The position numbers were made by a program, and so were the translations under genes. The notes below the pieces were generated by a model, which saw only the letters and a list, made by a program, of their open reading frames with translations, did not search any database and was not told where the DNA came from. A stretch of 64,000 bases of DNA from Raillietiella orientalis. Its lineage: Eukaryota. The stretch is taken from the NCBI GenBank assembly GCA_036172245.1, contig JAYWIR010000044.1, forward strand, positions 1,550,001 through 1,614,000, in the 5' to 3' direction. This document shows, piece by piece, positions 37,401 to 49,490 of the stretch. Each line of letters starts with the position of its first letter. The stretch's first letter is position 1.

Positions 37401-40013
37401 CAAACGCAGCAGGCAAGAGGTTCATAGGGAACTCGTCGCAAAAATTCCGGACCGAGCGTTTGCAGCGGTACCGGTCCTGAAGCGTCTGCAAGTGAAACCT
37501 CGTATGAATCCGCGGAGATGCTCCGCGGCTTCCGGAATTTCCAGCCAGTGCCCCGCTAAGCGCCACGCAGATGAAGGCGAACCCCTTTCGCGTGGGCGCA
37601 CCTCGAGTACGATCCGGTCATGGTCCGACAGTTCCGACGGTAACCTGCCGCGCCTGCCCACGCGTGAGCATAGGTGCTGGTCAAGAAACACGTGATCTAT
37701 GCTGTCGGTCATTTCCGGATCTCCCTCGAACAAGTTGCGCGTGTGCATCTCTGCCCTCAGCTCGTTCACGCGATCCCGAAGTGTGTCGGACGCACCTGAC
37801 AGCAGGCGCAGGTTAAAGTCACCTGCGATTAGGTGCGCTTTGCGCACTCCCGCTTCGTCCAGATATTCGCGCCTCAGGGTAAGGGAATAATCTCTCCTCG
37901 CCTTTGCCCTTAGCGCGTCGCTGCCGCTTGGGGCGTACACGTTGGTAATGACCAGATCGATGGATTCGGACCACCTAATGGTCAACTGCCCAACGCGACC
38001 GGCACTATCGAACCGTACGCCCTTTGCCGCAGCCTCGACAGCTGGACGAAGCAGGAACGCGACACCGCAAGATTTGACGGTGCCGCAACGGCACAGTATC
38101 CGTCCACCAGAGATACGATCGATCTCCGTTGCTTGGTCAGCGGAGATCACGTGGATCTCTTCCAGCAGCAGCAGGTGGAACGATGCCAGGGTGGACGCCA
38201 CGTCTCGTGTCCTGCCGTCGACGCATAGCCTGCTGAGATTCCAAAAAGCAGTTCGCAGACGGCGGCAAGAGGCGATTCCCGGCTTTAATGCTGGGAACGT
38301 GGCGTTGCAGCACTTGTCAAGGGACAGCTGAAAGGGACGAGTAAGGGGACCGCGGCCATCTCAGGCACTTGAAGCATTTAGCGTGCAAACTCTACCCTTT
38401 CCCTCCCACCGGGGTCTCAGCGTGATGTTACCTCTCGAGGAGAGTTCCCGGATTTCCCTACTTTATTAGCACGCTTCCTTCCCTCAATTATCTCTCCCTT
38501 TTCCACGGACGGGATAATTTTGCGGGTAGCCTTCTTCGTGCGATTGGCCTTCGGGCGGGAGGCCGCGATGCCGCAGTCTGTGTTTTCCTCCTCTGCGTCA
38601 CAGTTCGGAATCTCCGACTTCCTGATCGAGGTCGGGCGCCTTAAGGCCTTTTTCGCGAATTTAAGGGGACGCTGCAAGGACGCAGCGAGCTCCTCCGCCT
38701 CTCGCTCACAGGCGACGTCTTCGAGCATGCGTTCCACGACGAACGCCACCGCCGGATAGATAGACTCCGGTATTAATTTGACGGAGGGCTGAAAGTCTGC
38801 AGCGACAAGTGCAATTTTGCCGTTCTGTTCGACCGCAGGAATGCGCTTGATGACGACAGAGCAGCGTTTCATCTTTTCGCGACGCTGCAAATTTTCGATG
38901 CGTTTAGCGACATTTTTTTTTGGTTCCTTGATGCTTTTCTGCCTCTTTGATTTTACTACCTGCCATCCAGGTTCCTGGCCGGTCTCGTCGACCTTCTCCC
39001 AATTTTCCAAGATCTCGGTGCTGACCTTTACTCCGGGCACGATAGTTGTTTTTCGAACGGCGGCTCTCTCTCGGGCTGCCTGAACTCGTCTTTTTCTCGC
39101 CGCGCGCCTCTTCGCATTCCGTGCGGACGCGACACGAACTTCATTTTGCGGGCACACTGGAAGAGTGTTCCCTGGTTGCTTGCATTGCTTGCACTGCAAA
39201 TGGGGGCACCTTTTTTTCAGGTGACCTGAAGTGCAGCAATGCCCGCAGAAATGCGGCTTACCAACATAACAGATGTCAACGGCTTCGCCGTTGACCTCCA
39301 GCTCGTTTGCTAGGGAGTAACCCTCGCGGACCGTGATGAGCGCGGAAGTCATACCGCAATTCAGGAGATCGTACACCCAAAACGGAGTTCGTTTTTTCCA
39401 CAACGCGTAGACAGTTCCAAATTTAACTAGTTCCTTCCGGACAGCCTCTTCGGCCATCCTGAAGGTGTTTCGAAGGAGGTGGATCACGATAGATCTATCA
39501 TCCGTGATGGGGAGGAGCCGGCGATTCCCTTAAGGAACAGGTGTACAAAGCAGACGCTGGCCCAGACTTGCTTCTTTTCAAATCACCTTAGGGTACTGTC
39601 CACCACTTCCGATGGTCATCGCCAAGAGCTCATCCTGGGGTACTTTGAGGGAGTGCATCGCTTTCGAGAAAGCGCGTGCACTCTCAAAGGAGTAAAGGTT
39701 GCCTACCTTGTAGAGTAGAGGGTGATTGTACCCCTCCTCCAGGTAGGCTTCTAACTCAGACCCTGCAGCTTGCGTTGTTGCCATAGCACAGAACTCCAGC
39801 TTCTTTCTAGCGAGGGAGTCGCTTCTGTGTGGGCGGTTGCCCCCACATCCATTGATTCAGGAGGCGACATAGACGTCGCCCCCTCCTCAACATTAATGGT
39901 GGTCCCAGGCATTGCTGCCTAGCCACCATTGAATCAACTGTCACACTAAGAAAAAAGAGAAAAAAAATAAAACCACAAACGCTCAAGAGCGAAACAAAAA
40001 CCCGTCCGCTGTC
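34474..40013 (-). mobile_element. Full-length degenerate LINE (E9), related to E1
   Basis: 5' motif at 39987-40009. ORF1 starts at ATG 39912 (knuckles in 38417..39487). EN in 37422..38201, YADD in 36270..36560, zinc finger in 34722..35078. Terminal hairpin at 34479-34505; flanked by GCTC/GCTC. Confidence 0.9.
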
Positions 40014-42687
40014 GCTCTTGGACTGGGACGTTCTGTAAAGATCGGTCCGCGAGTTCTGCAGCCGGTTCCTTTTGCGTCTGCTTCCCCGTGGCTTCGAGAA
40101 AGGCGTGGCCAAGAGCAGAGAGTTTTTGCAGGCCCGCTAATTCTCCCGATGCCCTGACGTCCGGTACCTTGCGGAGTACAAGGCCAAGGACGAGCGTCAG
40201 GTCTGGCAGTCAGGAGCGGCTTGTCTGCTCGACGACCAGGGCCTGGAGTGCTCAAGCGCGGATGAAGTTCGCCGCCTCCTAAAGCGCTACTACTTTTTGT
40301 TGTATGCTAAGGAGCCGACGGAACGCAGTCTCTCGGAGCTGCTTCTGCCGGCGGATTCCCCTGCAAGCGACGAGGAGGAACGCGCCAGTCTTGACTTGCT
40401 TTTCACGGCGGAAGAAGTGTCTTCCGCCATAGTGAACCTCAAGAAGCGAAAGGCGCCAGGTAAGGATGGTGAGCCTGCGGAGTTCTTCCATTGCTTCGCG
40501 GAGGAACTCATCCCCCTGGTACTGAGGCTTTCTGCGCTGATGCGAGAGACGGGCAATGTCCCGGCCTCGTTTCGCTCAGAAAGGGTGCGTCTCTTGCCGG
40601 AAGGCGAAGACATGCGATATTTAAGCAACTGCCGTCCCATCACCTTCGTGAATGCGAACGTCGAGTTGTTCTCCAGGCTGTGGGTCGCGCGCCTAGGCAG
40701 GATAACTGGATCCGTGGTAAGTCCGGAGCAGTCTTACGCTGTTCCCAAGCGGTCCATGGAGGCGAACCTGTTCTTCGCGCGCACGTGGCTCGAGCTGCAA
40801 CGTTGCGTGGCTCACGACAGCCAGGCAACCGCATCTGCGGCTGCCAAGGCTCGGCGTCGCTGCATTCGGCCTGGGGAAGCGCCAAGTGCCTTGGCGGTCG
40901 CGTTCGATCTCCGCAAGTCGTTCGATTGCGTAAATCAGGATCTCCTGCAGGAGCTCCAGGAACGTCTCGGTCTCCCGGTGCACCTCGTGGCGTATTTGCC
41001 CGCTTGCTGGCGCCACGCGCTTATTTCCATCTCTTTTAGCGGCTGCCAAGTATACGGCGCGCCGGTGCGGCGGGGCATCAGGCAGGGCGACAGCTAAAGC
41101 CCGTTGCTCTTCATCTTCTTCTTTGAGTTGGTGCTGAGAGCGCACAGGCTGACTCTGGCCAACCTGCCGAGCTATTGTCCAAGAACGCCGTCCGTGGTAG
41201 CCTATGCTGACGACCTGCTCCTCCTCTTACCCATGACCACCCCGGCATCCAGTCTCGAGGATTTCTTCGAGCTGATTCGCCCGTAAGCGGGCATGAGCGT
41301 AAACCGGAGCAAGAGCCTGGTCGTACCTGTTGGTACGGCGTGGGAGGAGCAGTCGGACTGGATCCGCCTGGGGATCCCGACCGCTTTCTCAACGCAATAT
41401 CTGGGCGTTCCGCTGGGAAACATCAGCCCAGTGGAAGTGTGGTCGGACTGCCTTCGGAAGGCTACGAGCGCGCAGAGCTTGTTCCAGCATGGCAGGTTCC
41501 TCCTGTCGGAGCGGGCCGCGATATGGAACACCTTCGTTGCCCCCCTCTTGCGCTCCCTGCTTTTTGTTTGCCCCTTCCCTACTCAGCCAAGCTCCAGACG
41601 CACAGCCTGTTAAGGAACCCTCTGTGGGGACCTGCGAGGTCCAGGATACGCCTCAAAGACTTGGCGGCTCCGCCTCGGGATGCTGGTTTATGCATGCTGA
41701 CGCTGGCGAGAATCGAGCTGCAGGTGCAGCTTCGAATGTTGGCCCTGTGCGCCAACCTTTAATCCACTCCGTGGTGCGCTTCCGCGCGCCTGTTTCTGCG
41801 GCTCTGCACAGGCAGCGATGGACTTCTGTCGCTGCGGCCGCACACGGAGCGCGCCACGAGAAGCTTCGGTTTCCCCTTGAAATCGCTGTATCGGCTCCTG
41901 GAAGCCCAGGAATGGATCTCCGGCCGCCCAACGAACTTTCAAGCCTGGAGGCAGGAACCGTTGCATGGCTGAGCAAAGCACCAGGATGTTTTCCTTTGGA
42001 ACTTCGTTGCGATCACCTGTCCCCGTATTGCACGGTGGACGAGGTGTGCAACAGCCAGGAGTAGTGGACCCGCCTGGCCGTCACGCTGCTCGCCGACGCA
42101 CTGTCAGCCCTCAGGGCAAGAGATGAAAGCCGCGAACCGGCGAGATGGGGGGTCGCCTGCACCATTGCAGGAACAACGCGAACTATTGGCGGCTGGAGGA
42201 CTTGCGAGGTGGCAGACGCCGCCACGCCTCGCCACATCCCGAAGGGACTCCTTCGGTGGAGCGAAAACTTGAGTGTGCCCTCCGAAGAACTTGTGGTCCC
42301 TCACTCCTGTTAGAACAATTTTGTGTTCCCCCTTTGGTGGAAGCAGGACGTCATCATGCTGGTTCATTGGGATTTTCACTCCAACCAGCGGACGAACCGT
42401 TTTTCCGAGGGAGTTGTCTCCCCAAACTGGAAGCGGTGCGGGGAAGTGGAAACCCTTCCGCACCTGCTCCTGGACTGCTGTGCCCTTCTAGGACTTTGGC
42501 GGAGGCTGGCCTCAGCTCTCCTGCACCAGGGGGACATTGCGAGGGACTTGATGCGCCGCTTCTTTACGCCAGGCGTCCTGTCTTGAGGTGCTGTCGTTTC
42601 AACGGTGTGTTGCACCCGCGCCATCGACAAGGCCCACCGAGAGTTGGAGAAACTGGCCATTTTTCGTCAGCCCACCGGATTAGCCTG

Positions 42688-43201
42688 TCAAACGGCACTT
42701 GGAATACCGGATGGTGGCAATGGTGGATGTATCTTCGGTCTTGTCTTCGTGCGGGACGCCCTCAGTCCAGCTGCAGCCCTGGCAGCACTTTGCTGCATTC
42801 GTGGTATAGTGGCGGCCTGGAGTGATGCCGAAGATGAAGACTGCATCGTGAGGGATGTCATCGAGTATGCTTCTCGCTTCCTGCAGAGAGCTACCCGATG
42901 GACCCATCTAGGAAGATTGAAAAAGGAACTAGAAGGCATCCTGCAAAGGATGTGCCCTCCCAGCAGTTTTCTGTGATCCCTTCCCGGCCCTCCAAACTTT
43001 TTTTTGTTGTTTCTTTTTCTTTTTTATTTAATTTTTGTTTTCTCCCCCATCCCCCTCCACTGCCGAGGAGAACCACACCGAGCTGCGTCCCGGTGTCTCG
43101 GCAGTTCCGGTATTGCGTGGCCGTCAGTGGGGCCTTGTACCTCGTTCTGTATTGATCGTTGAAATGTTTTTAATAAACGTCCCGGCGTATCCGGGTGGCA
43201 T
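42688..43201 (+). mobile_element. Short 5'-truncated LINE (E10) with 15-bp TSD
   Basis: CACCGGATTAGCCTG at 42673-42687 and 43202-43216. Contains the ORF2 C-terminus, UTR and hairpin at 43172-43197. Confidence 0.92.
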
Positions 43202-43550
43202 CACCGGATTAGCCTGCACAAATATGTCTTCGGCTGCCGAGTGGGCCCAACTCCCACAGGGCGTAAGGAGAGAGATCGCCGGCATCCATCGCCGGTTTTG
43301 AAAGGAAGGAACGGACTCACCAAAGACCCCTATCCCCTGCCCTCCTTATTTTTCTTTTATTTTTTTTATAGTATTGTATTTGTGGTCCCCTCCCTCTCGT
43401 TCCGGACTTTCGGCATACCGACCTGCGTTTCGGGGATCCCACCCCCTTCGTCTCTTGTTTTCCCCTTTGTCCAGGAACCCTGTTCCCGGATAGTTTACAA
43501 TAAACGCCCCGGCGCACCCGGTTGATAAACAGCCGACCTTCTCCATTGTT

Positions 43551-44726
43551 CGCACGTGCATTCTTGCGCTTCGTCTTTTGTGCTTCTTTGCGGTTGTTCC
43601 TTTTGGGTGTGGTGCGATTTTTCATTTGAAAATGAAGCCAGTGCCCGCACAAATGGAGGTGGACGAATCCCCTGCGTCGCAGGACCTTCATCGGTAGGAG
43701 TGGAAGCCTCCACCGATCGTCCCTCGCCTCCAGCGAGAAGTATTGCCGACGTTGCTAAGGCAGAAGCGGCCCACAGAGCCTTACCCGAGGAGGCAGAGCT
43801 ACGGGCATACGCCGCTAGCAGCTACAACCACCCTCTGGCATCCAAGGTCAGTGCCGCGTACCGGGATGGGACGGGCGACCAGCTCTAGAGCGAGCTGGAA
43901 CGCGTAGGAGTCCGAGAGGACGATCTGCTGGCACTTATGCCAGTCAGCGCGTTAGGCCATTGGGAGGTACACTGCAAGGATGCAGCCCTCGTCCAAGACC
44001 TACTGCGAACCACCCTGAATATCAGGGGTAAGGAGGTCGTCCCCTCTGCCCTGGACCAATCGTTCGTGGTCCAGCTCTCGGGCATTCGGCCGAGAATCAC
44101 GGACCGCGACATCATTGTTGCACTCGAGGCGTTCGCCACAGTGCACGCGATGTGGAGGCGCGCGAATCCGATCGATAAATTCGCGCGCCTCTCTTGCGGA
44201 CTCGCCACGGCGCGCGTCACCATGGACTACCGGTGGCTCATGCCTTCGCAGATCCTCCTCGGTGACGTCGTCGTCAATCTCCGGTCTGTCGGGCGAACCA
44301 CAGCTTGCGGCAACTGCTAGACGGAGGGCCACCGTCCGCGTAAGTTCCCAACACGTAGTTGTCGATACTGTAAGCTGCTCGGCCACTCGATTCACGAGTG
44401 CCCCGAGCTAAAACGTAAGAGGAGGGCGTGAAACCTCCCCGTAACATCGCCGTCCGCGCCGACTCCATCCACCCCGTCGTCAGGGAAGAAATCCGGCGCG
44501 AACGAGGATTCGCAGCGGAGAAGTAAAAAGTCCGCTTGCGCGGGCGATTTTCGGAGCAATGCTCTACAAAGATCCGCGCAAAAGGACAAAAAGCTTTACC
44601 AGGCTGCTTCAGTAAATCCTTGAGCGACCCATCCTGCCGATAACATCGGGCAGGCTGCAAAGCCACCACCGCTTCCGTCTGCTGTCGCTCCGGAGCAAAA
44701 TAGCGGTGGCACGCTCGGGAAGTCCA
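43551..44726 (+). mobile_element. 5' part of a LINE (E11): 5' motif and disrupted ORF1
   Basis: ACGTGCATTCTTGCGCTT at 43554-43571. ORF1 from ATG 43632 is highly similar to E6 ORF1 and breaks off at the AT-rich island. Confidence 0.85.
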
Positions 44727-45336
44727 CAGGAAGAGTTTATTATATGTGTTGACAAAATAAAAATTTGTGCTTCATCGCACTTTATATGAAAGTCATAAGC
44801 AAACTTGATTTCCATTTGGATTTTCTATGTTTAAAAATTTACGTAGAGCTCTACAAAAGGCATTAAAAATCTCTAATTAAGAGAGATCTTGGTAACATGC
44901 AGCTACTTTCTAATTGCATCACATAATTCAGCATAAGTAGTAGTCCGTCACTCCTTACAATCTGATACTGCACCATCAATGTTTTAACAAGCTTTTGAGA
45001 GCCTTGAGTGTGCATTTATGCTCTGTAAGTTCACCCAAGGAAAATGCTTCAGTGAACAGTTAGAATGTTTGAACCCATTTTCCGTTTTTCCCATAAGTCA
45101 TCAAAATGACGAAGTTGCGAAGCTTCAAAGACCAGAAACAAAGGAGATAACCTTCAGTTATCAAATATTGTTTGGGAAGCATAACACAGCAAAATAAACA
45201 ATTGAATTTACTCAAGAGAATGGATTTACAAGATGCAATAGTTGCATTTGTTGATCGCACCAGGCAACATGTGGTATGCTCTGTTACTGGACTCAGGAAC
45301 TTTCCGCTTATTGTGCATGCTTAACATATTTTAGTA
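44727..45336. other. AT-rich island of non-LINE DNA
   Basis: Abrupt compositional shift at both ends, and no resemblance to any element in the window. Confidence 0.75.
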
Positions 45337-45386
45337 GCGGCGAGTTCTTTTCCGCAGCGGTCGGGAATACGCTCCACGATAACGCT
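45337..45386 (-). pseudogene. 50-bp ORF1 remnant (SVIVERIPDRCGKELAA)
   Basis: Matches E1 ORF1 VVVERIPAIDGCGAKELAA. Confidence 0.65.
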
Positions 45387-46707
45387 GCACGGACGTGTTC
45401 TGTGTTGCTCCTCGAGCGTGATTCCTTTCCGTCTTTTTGTGTGTGGTGTGCCCGAGTGCGTCCACTGGGATGTCCACGGAGCCCCTGCAGCAAAAGATGG
45501 ATCTGTAGGCTGCTACTGACAATGGAGACTTTATTCCAGATTCCCGGTCTGCCTCTGATTCTTGTGTCTCACCACCGGCGAGAAGCTTCGCCGCCGTCGT
45601 CAAGGCGGCGGCAGCCAACGGAGCTTCGCCCGACGAAGCGGAGCTGCATGCATATGCAGCCCATGGCTACAAGCCTCCGCTCTGCTATCTGGTAAGTGCT
45701 ACTATCTCCGACGGGGTCGGAGAAAATCGTCAGAAGCATGGTCAAGCCGTCTTCAGAAAGTGGACTTGGCGATCCGCCCGTTCCTGGACGGCAAGTTCCA
45801 CTTGCCGGAACGGGCCGCAGTATGGAACGCTTTGGCGGCTTCCATCCTTCTCCCTCTACTTTTTGTTTGCTCCGTCTCTAGAGAAATAAAAAAGAGGAGG
45901 AAGGACCTCCTGCGCATCGCCCTTTGGGGCAAGGGGAGACCCCGATTTTCTTTGATGGATTTGTGCGCTCCGCGTCGTGATGGTGGTCCAGGCCTCCTGA
46001 CGCCGGAGCGCATGGAAATTCAGCTGCGATGGCGAATTTTGGCCATCGCAGCCAACCTGTGGAGCACCCCCTGGTGTGCTCCCGCCAGCCAACTCGCCAG
46101 ACGTGTATCCGGAACGGGAAGACTCGCATCTCTTCTTTTATGCCGTGAAAGGAAGAAAAGAAGATGCGGCCTTCTCTTCGGACGAATAGCCACCCTGGCG
46201 AAGGAGAATGCTTGGATGACCTGCAGCCCCGTCAACTCCAGCGCATGGCTAAATGAAACAGTTGGCACGTGGGCTGTAGTGAATAAAAGGAGCCACGTGA
46301 CATGGACTAGCCTGCGACGCGTGCGATACGCCCGCTGCACTCTACACGAGATCGTGGAGTGCCCAGCCAGAAGCACGTGGGCAGAAGCGACTTGCCTGGC
46401 AACGGTGCTACCCTTCCTACGTACGGCAATCGTCAGCAGCCGGACGCTGAGGTGGCAAGTCTCTTGCCGTATCGCAGGCAGCGAAAAACTGTTGCAAGGT
46501 TGGACAAATGGACACCTAGCGGACGCCACAACCCATAGCGTTAGTCCGCAATGACTAAAAAAATTGGGCGAGGTGCTCGGCATCACGATTGATGACCTGA
46601 AGTGGCCCCCAGTAATAGCTGAAACCAGGATCCTTTCCCTAAAATGGCAATATCAGGCGCTGATGCTGTTGCACTGGAGACTGCCATGCAATTCACGCCG
46701 TCATCAC
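45387..46707 (+). mobile_element. Internally deleted LINE (E12): 5' end and ORF1 start fused to the ORF2 C-terminal region
   Basis: 5' motif at 45390-45410. ORF1-like GYKPPLCY runs to ~45710, then SEAWSSRLQKV...LLHWRLPCN. Confidence 0.8.
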
Positions 46708-46727
46708 CCGGCGGAATCACCCACCAC

Positions 46728-49490
46728 GGAAGTTTTCACCCGGTCACGCCGAGGCGTTTATTAAAAAGCACTTTACAATTGCGATACTAGACCCCGCTAC
46801 TGCCAATATTTCATGGGACCTGCCAGGAAGCCGCTTCTGAGGACAGCTTGTCCTCCTCAGCAGCGAAAGGGATAGGATGTAAAACAAAAACAAAAATAAA
46901 TGATATAACAAAAAGAAACCATTTCGTGGGCCGGAAAGGGATCACAACCCGCTAGAGGAAAAGACTATCCTTTCCAGGATGCCCTCGAGGTCCCTCGTCA
47001 TAACTCCCAGACTGGACCAGCCGATCGCGATTCGCAGGTATCGACCAGCGTGTACGATGGGATCCCTGTCGCTGCTTCCTCTGTTGGCTGCGCTCCAGGC
47101 GGCCACAATCCCTCGGAGGCAGCAGAGCGCTGCGAGGGTTGAGGTTGGTGGCAGGGCGTTTCTCACGAAGAGGAGTCTCACAACGTCTCTGAGGGTACTG
47201 CCGACCGGCATAGGGAGGGTCGTAGCATAACGTTCCTACAAGGGCCGGAGGGCAGCGCAGTCCACTAACAAATGGAAGAGGGATTCCTTCTCCCCGCACA
47301 CTGCACAGTTCTCTCCCAAGTTCCGCAACGTCATGTAGTGGCGGAGCGCGTTGCAGGGAAGACCCAGTGCAACAACAACAGCGCCGTTTCCTGTTACTTG
47401 AGGGGAAGAATGGAAACGTCTTTAAACAACGGGGCCCACTCTAGGTCATCCGCCGGGATGCCAAGCAGTTCGCCCTATCTCCGTATTGCATGCGGGTGAA
47501 CGCTTGGGGTTGCGGCGTCTGCCAGTTCCCTCACTATCCACCCCCTTAGATCCTCCTCCCTTCCCGCTATCCGGCAGGAGACTTGCCGTCTCGGCTGACG
47601 GCGGTTTTCAAGCGTTCTTCGTAGGAAGGGCAGCGCCGTGGCCAGTGGTGTCGTCTCCGCTCAAGTGCCTCTTGCGGGACACACGATCTTGTTCCGCAGC
47701 ATGCAGTGGCTATAGATGCCGGTGCGCAGGCAGTTGCAGGATTCTCCACTGATGTCTTTCAACTTTGCCCACGTTCCAACTGTTTCTTCCAGCAATGCGC
47801 TGGCGTTTACGGGGTTGCAGGCCATCCACCCGTTCTCCTTTGCCAGGGTGGCTATGCGTCCAAGGAGAAATCCGCATCTTCTTATTTTCCGGTCGGGCAC
47901 AGAAGAAAAGACACGAGTCCTTCAGTCCCGGACACACGTCTGGCAAGAAGACGGGCTGGAACACACCAAAGAATGTTCCACATTTTCGCTGCGATGGCTA
48001 GAATGCGCCAGCGCAGCTGTGTTTCCATTCGCTCCATCGTCAGGACGCTAAGACCTTCGTCCCGACGTGGAGCGAACAAATCCTTTAAAGGCAAACTAGG
48101 CATCCCGCCGCTTCACAGGACGATGCGTTGGAGGTCGTTTGTTCTTTTTTCCAGTTCATGGGGTACGGGGCAAACAAAAAGCAGTGGGCGAAGAAGGGGG
48201 GCCGCGAAAGCGTTCCACACCGCGGCCCGTTCCGGCAAGTGAAGCTTGCCTTCCAGGAACGGGCCCATCGCTGACTCCAATTTTTGGAGACGACCTGATC
48301 AGGTTTCTGACTGGCAGAAGTCCCCCAAGGGATTGCCGAGGTATTTCAAGTACCTCTCCGTGGGTATCACCAAGCGGATCCAGTCAGGCAATCCGATCCA
48401 CGTCGCACCAACCACTACCACCGATGACTTCGCCTTATTTACCCGTAATCCAGTCTTCCGGCTTAGCAGATCGAACAAATCCTCGACTGCGGCTGCCTGG
48501 GCGGACATGGGCAAATGGAGCAGAAGATCATAGGCGTAAGTCGCTACTGCCGGCGTATCTGGACACGAGCTTAGCAGGGCAGCCGATGTCACCCTCTATG
48601 CTCTCAGCACCAGTTCGAAATAGGTGCGAAAGACCAGGGGAATCAGGCTGTCCCCCTGCCGGATGTCGCGCCTCACCGGCACGCCGAACACGTGCTGTCC
48701 TCTGAGAAACAAGCTGATGATCGCATTGCGCCAGCGTGCGCGCAGGTAGACCGTTAAGGTGTCCGGGAAGCCCATGCGATCCAGGAGCTCCAGAAGGAGT
48801 TCTTGGTCCACGCAATCGAACGCTTTGTGCAGATCGACTGCGATCGCTAGAGCCTTTTTCCCTTCCCTATCGTTCCTTACTTGCTGTGCTGGCGCTCCCA
48901 AATCAGTTTTGTTGACATTTCGTGATTTTTCCAAATATTTCTCGCGTCGCACATGGAACCATGTGCTGGCGAAGAAGAGGTTCGCTTCCATGCTTCGCCC
49001 GGGAACAGCGTACGTCTGTTCCGGGCTGACGAAGCTGTCAGCTACCTGCCCCAGTCGCGCAGCCCACAGTCCAGCCAGCAGCTTGGAGTCCGTGTTCACA
49101 ATCATGATCGGACGCCAGTTGCATAATTTTCTGAGGTCTTCTCCCTTAGGAAGGAGCCTCACCCTGGCTGATTGAAACGAGGCGGGAACATCGCTTTCGT
49201 TTCGGATCAGCCTTGTCAATTGGAGCACCAGGGGGGTCAGCGCTGCCGCGAAGCTCTGAAAGAACTTCGCCGGCAGGCCGTCCTCTTCTGGCGCCGGACG
49301 CCTCTTGAGCCTTTTAATAGCGGTGATGATTTCACCGGTCGTAAAAGGCTCGTCGATGCTTTCCTTCTCTTCTTCCCCTATTGCCGGGGCACCGTCCGGA
49401 AGCAAGCGCTGAGAGGCATCTTGTTTCGGAGGCGCTCTAGCGAGTAAGGAGGAATAATAACGCCACACGAGGTGCCGAATTCGGACACAG
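46728..49490 (-). mobile_element. 5'-truncated LINE (E13)
   Basis: RT in 48596..49468 (WRPI, KAFD, RQGD) and 48299..48592 (YAYD, KYLG). 3' terminus at 46728-46762. Confidence 0.88.

Larger units (their letters stand above)
27821..43529 (+). mobile_element. Host LINE (E6) split into four pieces: 27821-28299, 32297-34473, 40014-42687 and 43202-43529
   Basis: ORF1 pieces are colinear with the uninterrupted homolog 43551-44726. EN at 33667-34390. AIPKL/LDWD rejoins across E9. RT in 40297..41097 with YADD near 41205. A 15-bp TSD surrounds E10; terminal hairpin at 43499-43525. Confidence 0.8.

Noticed and set aside
45060..45260. Protein-coding gene in the AT-rich island
   Set aside because: Only short ORFs with no recognisable domain; cannot be supported without a search.
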